Of a stretch of DNA of 64,000 nt, positions 54,914-64,000 are shown piece by piece. The first letter of the stretch is position 1, and the number at the start of each line of letters is the position of its first letter. The notes under the pieces are model-generated. The model did not search any database. It was not told the origin of the DNA and was given only the letters and a program-made list of their open reading frames with translations. The stretch is from Eledone cirrhosa (lineage: Eukaryota): contig OZ024740.1 of NCBI GenBank assembly GCA_964016885.1, positions 120,652,001 to 120,716,000 of the forward strand, in the 5' to 3' direction. The position numbers and the translations under genes are program-made.

Positions 54914-55273
54914 TCAAATGTCACTAAAAGCCAGGTGGTCGATAACAACTTCTATAGGATTAGTTACATGCTCACACATTGGATCACCTCTCATCAATGG
55001 CATTGGGTGTCTGAGATAATCGTGGAGATAACTGATGAAGTCACAAATGAAGTGATGGTCTTCCAGTGTGAACAACTCCCTATATCCATTGATATATGTG
55101 ATGGCTTCCGATTCATAGGTGCATTTTATGAGGAATTCCATGCATCCAATTTTCAGTGATTCAATGGGCATTTGATCAGAGATGATAAGGTATTTGACCA
55201 CGTTTTGCTTTGTAAGTAAATTGGAGAGAATCACTGCAGTCAAAGTCATTTCTTTGCATGGGTTTTTGTCCAT
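54914..55273 (-). CDS. orphan 119-aa ORF or terminal exon, convergent with the SGNH gene
   Basis: Complex, non-repetitive translation. A polypyrimidine-AG acceptor (cattttaactttttag) lies just upstream of the ATG. No family recognised. Confidence 0.4.
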   Translation of the reverse strand: MDKNPCKEMTLTAVILSNLLTKQNVVKYLIISDQMPIESLKIGCMEFLIKCTYESEAITYINGYRELFTLEDHHFICDFISYLHDYLRHPMPLMRGDPMCEHVTNPIEVVIDHLAFSDI

Positions 55274-55546
55274 TCTAAAAAGTTAAAATGATAAAGTATT
55301 ACTACTATATAACTTACATCTATTGTTGTAACACCATTGAAATGCACAAGTTTCACCAATTCACTATTATGCACTAATCATCTCAAATGCATTCATGATT
55401 TACTAGCTTTGTCATTAAGCCAGTTGCCTCAACTAGATTGCAATTATATTCAAAAGAACTTTAAAATGTCAATCACTTGTCAGTAATTCACTATGATCAT
55501 TTAATTATTAGATAGTTGTTGCTTGCATTGCCTTAAAAAATAGTAG

Positions 55547-56607
55547 ACCAGATAGAAAAATGCGTACAGCAAAAAAAAGTAATATTGTTGGAATATAAAC
55601 CTTTAAAAATACAAGACAAGAAACTAAAATAAAACTTTAAAAGAATAGGACAAGAAACTAAGATAAAACTTTAAAAGAATAGGACAAGAAACTAAGATAA
55701 ATCTTTAAAGAATTGGACAAGAAATAAAAAATTTTACAATAATATTAGTGGGAAATTTTTTTTATTCGTTTCCTGTGCTATGCCCCAGTATCTTCTTGAT
55801 TAGTGCATAATAATTGTCATGCTCTCATTGTGCGTTGCCCCTGAGCGGTTGGTTCTGGTTGGGGCTGGTTGGCTGAGCAGTTCTGCTTCGTCAGAATGAC
55901 CATTGCAAGAAGAATTGGCCGATGCAGCTGCAGGTCTCCTCCAACAATGCACTTCTGGTCCCGCAACACCAGACGAAGATGGAGAAGACGACCGGGACAA
56001 GATGTCGACTCTGACCACCGACTACGGCACCTCCCTCAACCACCGGTCCTCCTCCCCCTGTCCCGTCATCCCTCCAGTCTTCCTGCTCCCCCTTCCTGTA
56101 CCAGAAAGCTGTGGCATGCATTCATCTGGACTGCCGGACTTGAACTCAAGGACAAGATGGAAGGAGAAGATGGTCGGGTTGGTCAAGATCAAGTATGAGC
56201 GGGACGACAAGACCGTCCGCTGCTGCTCAAGATCTGTGATCATGGGCCCATGGGTCCATTCACATTATGCATGACACATGAGGTGTGTCGCCAAATGATG
56301 AAATAGGGGTATGGTTATGGCCCAATTGGTGTTCAAACCAGGATCAAATGATCCCCCCGGTCTCACGACGACCTCTGAATGTGGAACCCAGAGCCTATGA
56401 ATGTGGAAATCGATTTTTTACCAATACAAATTTTGCCACTAATATTATTGTAAATTTTTTTATTTCTTGTCCAATTCTTTAAAGTTTTATCTTAGTTTCT
56501 TGTCATATTCTTTTAAAGTTTTATCTTAGTTTCTTGTCCTGTATTTTTAAAGGTTTATATTCCAACAATATTACTTTTTTTTGCTGTACGCATTTTTCTA
56601 TCTGGTA
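55547..56607. mobile_element. non-autonomous DNA transposon with long foldback-type TIRs
   Basis: TIRs at 55547-55757 and ~56430-56607 start accagatagaaaaatgcgtacagc and contain ~31-bp subrepeats (gacaagaaactaagataaaactttaaaagaatag), 4 on the left and 3 on the right. Confidence 0.85.
55903..56340 (+). pseudogene. decayed ORF ending in a PHD-finger-like motif
   Basis: DDKTVRCCS..GPWVH..*HMRCV(frameshift)SPNDEIGVWLWPNWC resembles C..C..W.H..C.....W.CP.C. Confidence 0.4.
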
Positions 56608-56810
56608 TAGATATATACAAATATATACATATATATATATATACAAATATATGCATATATATATATACATATATATACATACATATATATACATATATAT
56701 ATACATACATATATATACATATATATACATATATATATATATACATACATATATATACATATATATATACATACATATATATACATATATATAGATATAT
56801 ATATACATAC

Positions 56811-56845
<35 letters not shown>

Positions 56846-57020
56846 CATACATATATATACATATATACACATAGAATTGAAATACTAGAGTGTGTTGTAG
56901 TTAAACACCCTCCTGGTATTATAGAAATGACAGTAAAGGTATAGCTCAATGTAATTAAACAGAGCCAAATAATTATGAAAATAAACCAAAGAAGCCTTCA
57001 ATACATCAAAAGTCTTTATT

Positions 57021-57062
57021 AGCCGACAATGTTTCGTCCTATTAAGGACTCATCAGGGCAAT
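57021..57062 (-). ncRNA. minimal type I hammerhead ribozyme
   Basis: Exact reverse complement of 58055-58096. Confidence 0.88.
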
Positions 57063-58054
57063 TAAAGCTATAAGAGGCACTATCAGCCAATACAAGCCGA
57101 AAACTCAGAAGAATATGGAGCGCACATAGATTAAAGCATGGGAAAATAAAAAATAAAAAATTATCAAGTAAAAATTGCTAAGGAAGTAAGTAACATTTTG
57201 AACCATATTACAAATATAGTCCAATGTAGAAACTAGAGCTAAAACAGAGGTGGTGATATAGAGCGGGTATTATTGTACTATATATAATATAATATAATGT
57301 AATATAATATAATATAATTGCTAATGATAATAATAATAATGTTAAAAGGCCCAATATACGCATATATATACATATATATGTACACACATATACATATATA
57401 TCAATACGCATTTCCATCAACAGAAGCACAAACTAACCCTTATTAAGAGTTTAAATATAAATAAGAATATTATAATATTCTTATATTGTACCATTAATAT
57501 TGTTTGTGCAAATTAACCGGAGATTATCTATTATATTATATTATTATATAATTATATAGTTTATTATTATATATTTTTATGCTTACTTTTATACTGTAAA
57601 TAGTATATGTATTATATTCTTATTTTTATTTTTTATTTCTATTTGTATTATTATTATTTAATTTTTATTTTTATACTTATTTATATTTAAACTCTTAATA
57701 AGGGTTGATTGGAAATGTATATTGATATATATGTATATGTGTGTACACATATATGTATATATATGTGTATATTGGGCCTTTTAAAATTATTATTATTATC
57801 ATTAGCAATTATATTATATTATATTATATTATATATAGTACAATAATACCCGCTCTATATCACCATCTCTGTTTTAGCCCTAGTTTCTACATTGGACAAT
57901 ATTTGTAATATGGTTCAAAATGTTACTTACTTCCTTAGCAATTTTTACTTGATAATTTTTTATTTTTTATTTTCCCATGCTTTAATCTATGTACACTCCA
58001 TATTCTTCTGAGTTTTCGGCTTGTATTGGCTGATAGTGCCTCTTATAGCTTTAA

Positions 58055-58096
58055 TTGCCCTGATGAGTCCTTAATAGGACGAAACATTGTCGGCTA
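58055..58096 (+). ncRNA. minimal type I hammerhead ribozyme
   Basis: gcc-CTGATGA-gtcct taat aggac-GAAAC-att-GTC-ggc: full consensus core with a GUC site. Confidence 0.9.
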
Positions 58097-58143
58097 ATAA
58101 AGACTTTTGATGTATTGAAGGCTTCTTTGGTTTATTTTCATAA

Positions 58144-58327
58144 ATATATATACATACATATACATACATAAATATACATAATAACATATATATACATATA
58201 TATACATATATATAGATATATATATACATATATATACATACATATATATATATACATATATATACATATATATATATACGTACATATATATATATACATA
58301 TATATACATATATATACATATATATAT

Positions 58328-58360
<33 letters not shown>

Positions 58361-58368
58361 CATACATA

Positions 58369-58401
<33 letters not shown>

Positions 58402-58421
58402 TTATACATACATACATATAC

Positions 58422-58462
<41 letters not shown>

Positions 58463-58527
58463 AATACATACATATATATACATACATACACATACATACA
58501 TATACATACATACATACATATATATAC

Positions 58528-58562
<35 letters not shown>

Positions 58563-58663
58563 CATATATATACATATATACATATATACATATATATACA
58601 TATATATACATATATACATATATATACATATATATACATATATATATACATATATATATATAC

Positions 58664-58712
<49 letters not shown>

Positions 58713-58737
58713 CATATATATATACATATATATATAC

Positions 58738-58772
<35 letters not shown>

Positions 58773-58875
58773 CATATATATATACATATATATACATATA
58801 TATACATATATATATATACATATATATACATATACATATATATACATATATATACATATATATACATACATACAT

Positions 58876-58916
<41 letters not shown>

Positions 58917-59227
58917 CATCCATATATATATATACATATATATACATATATATATATACATATATATACATACATATATATACATATATATATACATATA
59001 TATACATACATATATATACATATATGTATATATACATATATATATACATATATATACATATATATATACATATATGTATATATACATATATATATACATA
59101 TATATATTTATACATACATATATATATATATACATATATATACATATATATATACATATACATATATATACATATATATATACATATACATATATATACA
59201 TATATATATACATATACATATATATAC
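58144..59227. repeat. (TA)n/(TACA)n array
   Basis: Directly visible. Similar arrays at 59377-59813, 60107-61290 and 61829-62820. Confidence 0.98.
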
Positions 59228-59377
59228 ATATATATATACATATACATTGAGGACCGAGTAAGTTAGATCGCAGATATAAAAGACAGCGAGAAGCGAAAAC
59301 CAACCAAACAGTGAGTGCGTTCTGTTATTAATTCTGGCAATATTACGCAAATATGACCCACCCCAAGTATAACAATA

Positions 59378-59464
<87 letters not shown>

Positions 59465-59510
59465 ATACATATATATATATACATATATATATACATATAT
59501 ATATATATAC

Positions 59511-59543
<33 letters not shown>

Positions 59544-59572
59544 CATATATATATACATATATATATATATAC

Positions 59573-59683
<111 letters not shown>

Positions 59684-59719
59684 CATATATATATATACAT
59701 ATATATATATACATACATA

Positions 59720-59785
<66 letters not shown>

Positions 59786-59813
59786 CATATATATATATAC
59801 ATATATATATATA

Positions 59814-60106
59814 CATCATTGGATACCATCAGGGTTGCAGGTGTTATATCAGAGTTTTCCTTCTCCTAGAATTCTGCCTTGACAAAGGCTAAGGGGTCAT
59901 CTCTCCCGGTGATTTTGGATGGCCATTGACTCTTAAGAGCTCCTCTGCCCTTTGACAGGTTTTGTTTTTAGTCCTGCAGGATGTCCAAAGTCACCCTCCT
60001 CACCAAGAAACCTTGGTGGGGTTGCCAGTTTAGTCGCCAACGACCCGACCATGAGACAGTTTGTACTGGGATACATGTTACCAGTAGCACCAACTGGTGA
60101 CCTGAC
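59814..60106 (-). mobile_element. RTE-like 5' region, copy 2
   Basis: Near-identical to 48636-48895 and extends about 25 bp further 5'. Confidence 0.5.
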
Positions 60107-60202
60107 ATATACATATATGTATACATATATATACATACATATATATATATACATACATATATATATATACATATATATATATACATACATATATATATAT
60201 AC

Positions 60203-60253
<51 letters not shown>

Positions 60254-60254
60254 C

Positions 60255-60305
<51 letters not shown>

Positions 60306-60421
60306 CATATATATATATACATATATATATATATACATATATATATACATACATATATATATACATATATATATATACATATATATATATATACATATAT
60401 ATACATATATATACATACATA

Positions 60422-60477
<56 letters not shown>

Positions 60478-60532
60478 CATATATATATATACATATATAT
60501 ATATACATATATATATACACATATATATATAC

Positions 60533-60583
<51 letters not shown>

Positions 60584-60702
60584 CATATATACACATATAT
60601 ATATATATACATATATATATACATATATACATATATATATATATATACATATATACACATATATATATACATATATACACATATATATATACATATATAC
60701 AC

Positions 60703-60793
<91 letters not shown>

Positions 60794-60974
60794 CATATAT
60801 ATACATATATATATATATATACATATATATACATATATATATATATACATATATATACATATATATATATACATATATATACATATATATATATACATAT
60901 ACATACATCTATATATATATACATATACATACATATATATATATATACATATATATACATATATATATATATAC

Positions 60975-61010
<36 letters not shown>

Positions 61011-61076
61011 ACATATATATATACATATACATACATATATATACATATATATACATACATACATATATATATATAC

Positions 61077-61155
<79 letters not shown>

Positions 61156-61290
61156 CATATATATATAAATCCATATATATATATACATATATATACATAT
61201 ATATACATATACATATATATATAAACATATATATACATACATACATATATATATATACATATATATACATAGATACATATATATATATAC

Positions 61291-61697
61291 ATAAAATATT
61301 AAACAAATAATGAATAAACAATTCCTTATATTAAACAAAAAAAGTTAATTATTTAACGATCGTTTCTAGGATATATATGTGTTATAGTTGGCATGCATAT
61401 TCAACAGATCTATGTACAAAATTATACAAAATTATACAAACTATCAAGATTAAATATACATACCAACACATATATACGCCGTCTTCAGAAATAATATTTC
61501 TGAAGACGGCGTATATATGTGTTGGTATGTATATTTAATCTTGATAGTTTGTATAATTTTGTATAATTTTGTACATAGATCTGTTGAATATGCATGCCAA
61601 CTATAACACATATATATCCTAGAAACGATCGTTAAATAATGAACTTTTTTTGTTTAATATAAGGAATTGTTTATTCATTATTTGTTTAATATTTTAT
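61291..61697. repeat. 407 bp near-perfect palindrome with a 1-nt spacer
   Basis: Centre cagaaata-a-tatttctg; one mismatch seen between the arms. Confidence 0.95.
61495..61638 (+). ncRNA. hammerhead-like motif with a 115-nt stem II (mirror copy on minus)
   Basis: tattt-CTGAAGA-[gtatatatgtgtt ggtatgtatatt ... aatatgcatgcc..aacacatatatat]-GAAA-cgatcg-TT-aaata. Stem III is the palindrome AACGATCGTT, and the base of stem II is imperfect. Confidence 0.6.
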
Positions 61698-61919
61698 CTT
61701 GACTCTGTATACCGTTTATCTTTCACCGAAAGTGATTTTTCATTACATTTCTTCTTTCCATGATATCCGGAATACATTGAGTTCTTCATACGGATTGGAC
61801 ACTACCGTAAACTCTTGGTAGATTTATCTACATATATATATACATATATATATATATACATATATATATACATATATATATATATACATATATATACATA
61901 CACACATATATATACATAC

Positions 61920-61966
<47 letters not shown>

Positions 61967-62161
61967 CATATATATACATACACATATATATATAAACATA
62001 TATATACACATATATATACATGCATACATATATATATACATATACATATATATATATACATATATATATACATACACATATATATATAAACATATATATA
62101 CACATATATATACATGCATACATATATATATACATATACATATATATATATACATATACAT

Positions 62162-62194
<33 letters not shown>

Positions 62195-62227
62195 CATATA
62201 TATATACATATACATATATATCTATAC

Positions 62228-62259
<32 letters not shown>

Positions 62260-62870
62260 CTATACATATATATATACATATACATATACATATATATATA
62301 CATATACATATATATATACATATACATATATATATACATATATATACACATATACGTATATATATACATATATATACACATATACATATATATATATACA
62401 TATATATACACATATACATATATATATACATATATATACACATATACATATATATATATATACATATATATATACATATATATACACATATACATATATA
62501 TATATACATATACATATATATACAAGTACATATATATACATATACATATATATACATATATATATACATATATATATATATATACATATACATACATATA
62601 TAAATATATACACATATACATACATATATATATATATACATATATATATACATATATATATATACATATATATATACATATATATATACATATATATATA
62701 CATATATATATACATATATATATATACATATATATATACATATATATATATACATATATATATACATATATATATATACATATATATATATATACATATA
62801 TATATACATATATATAGATATAGATATGTAAATATACACGGGTGTGTATGATTGTGTATAGAAGATTATA

Positions 62871-63248
62871 ATTAATAAGAGCAATTCCAACTTTGTTTGA
62901 TTTACTCGTTTTATTTACAATCCTTTAACATATATATAATGGTATTATAATGAAATAGTATGATAGAATATTAAATTCTAAGTGTTAATTGAACAAGTAC
63001 TTTCATGCTTTCGCAATCTTCAGGTTCATGATATGTGGTGACAGTCGAGTTTGCAATTGAAAATTGCAAACTCGCTGTCACCACATATCATGAACCTGAA
63101 GATTACGAAAGCATGAAAGTACTTGTTCAATTAACACTTAGAATTTAATATTCTATCAAACTATTTCATTATAATACCATTATATATATTTTAAAGGATT
63201 GTAAATAAAACGAGTAAATCAGACAAAGTTGGAATTCCTCTTATTAAT
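62871..63248. repeat. 378 bp palindromic element with a hammerhead motif in each arm
   Basis: Centre gagtttgcaatt-gaa-aattgcaaactc; the arms have few mismatches. Confidence 0.92.
63091..63129 (+). ncRNA. minimal hammerhead motif (mirror copy at ~62989-63027, minus)
   Basis: tgaac-CTGAAGA-tt(a/g)c gaaa gcat-GAAA-gtac-TT-gttca. Stem I is 5 bp and stem III is the palindrome AAGTACTT. Confidence 0.65.
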
Positions 63249-63278
63249 ATATACATATATATATACATATATATATAC

Positions 63279-63309
<31 letters not shown>

Positions 63310-63904
63310 CATATATATATACATATATATATATATACATATATATATACATATATATATATACATATATATATATACATATATATAAACATATATACAT
63401 ATATATAACATTTGCACTATATAACCACTTATCTTCATGTTGTATTTAAACCTGTATTTTTGATTTTTGATTGTACCTCTTAATATAAATGTAATCTCGA
63501 AGTGTGTACTGCCACTCTAAATTCTGTAATGAATGTTGACCCACAATGTTTGAATATGCATCAATGTTTGAATATGTATCGGTATGTCTCTCGGCTGAAA
63601 AGGAGGACATATAACTGTCCATGCATAAATAAATTGCTCCGAAGAATCCAAACCTCGGTTTGGAGGAAACAGCTGTAAGCACAATAATGTTTTGAACAGT
63701 TTTTTTATTCTTATATTTCATATAACTGCTCTGTAAATCATCTGATGTTTTTACATTGAGCTACTTAACTTACTGGTAATAAGGTAGTTATACATTACTG
63801 CCTACCACTATTTAGGGTGCGTGTAAAATACTTATAACTGCATAAGGTTTTGTATTTACATAACCATAAATAGTATAACTAATACTATATATATACATAT
63901 ATAC

Positions 63905-63969
<65 letters not shown>

Positions 63970-64000
63970 CATATATATATACATATATATATATATATAT

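Larger units (their letters stand above)
56973..58143. repeat. 1.17 kb palindromic element with a hammerhead in each arm
   Basis: Arms of about 490 bp (56973-57465 and 57677-58143) with an AT-rich spacer. Confidence 0.92.

Noticed and set aside
55610-55730. CRISPR-like array
   Set aside because: The 31-bp units are contiguous with no unique spacers and lie within TIRs in eukaryotic DNA.

Overview
AT-rich eukaryotic genomic DNA with no recognisable intact host gene. The SINE, LINE and microsatellite content resembles coleoid cephalopod (octopus-like) genomes; this is an inference. Most ORFs in the supplied track are artefacts of (TA)n/(TACA)n arrays. Supported content: (i) two Penelope-like elements (PLEs) with GIY-YIG remnants flanked by inverted pLTRs, and a third degenerate GIY-YIG relic; (ii) several unrelated non-coding 370-1170 bp palindromes next to (TA)n tracts, each carrying type I hammerhead ribozyme motifs in its arms, two with a greatly elongated stem II; (iii) a 5'-truncated CR1/L2-type LINE, RTE 3' ends, an RTE-like 5' region with a partial HDV-like ribozyme, and CRE-type endonuclease fragments; (iv) an internally deleted DD37D maT transposon and a mariner relic; (v) many tRNA-derived SINEs; (vi) a CpG-rich cassette at about 53.4-56.6 kb holding a three-exon SGNH-esterase pseudogene with 55/57-nt introns, an orphan ORF, and a foldback-type TIR element with a decayed PHD finger.
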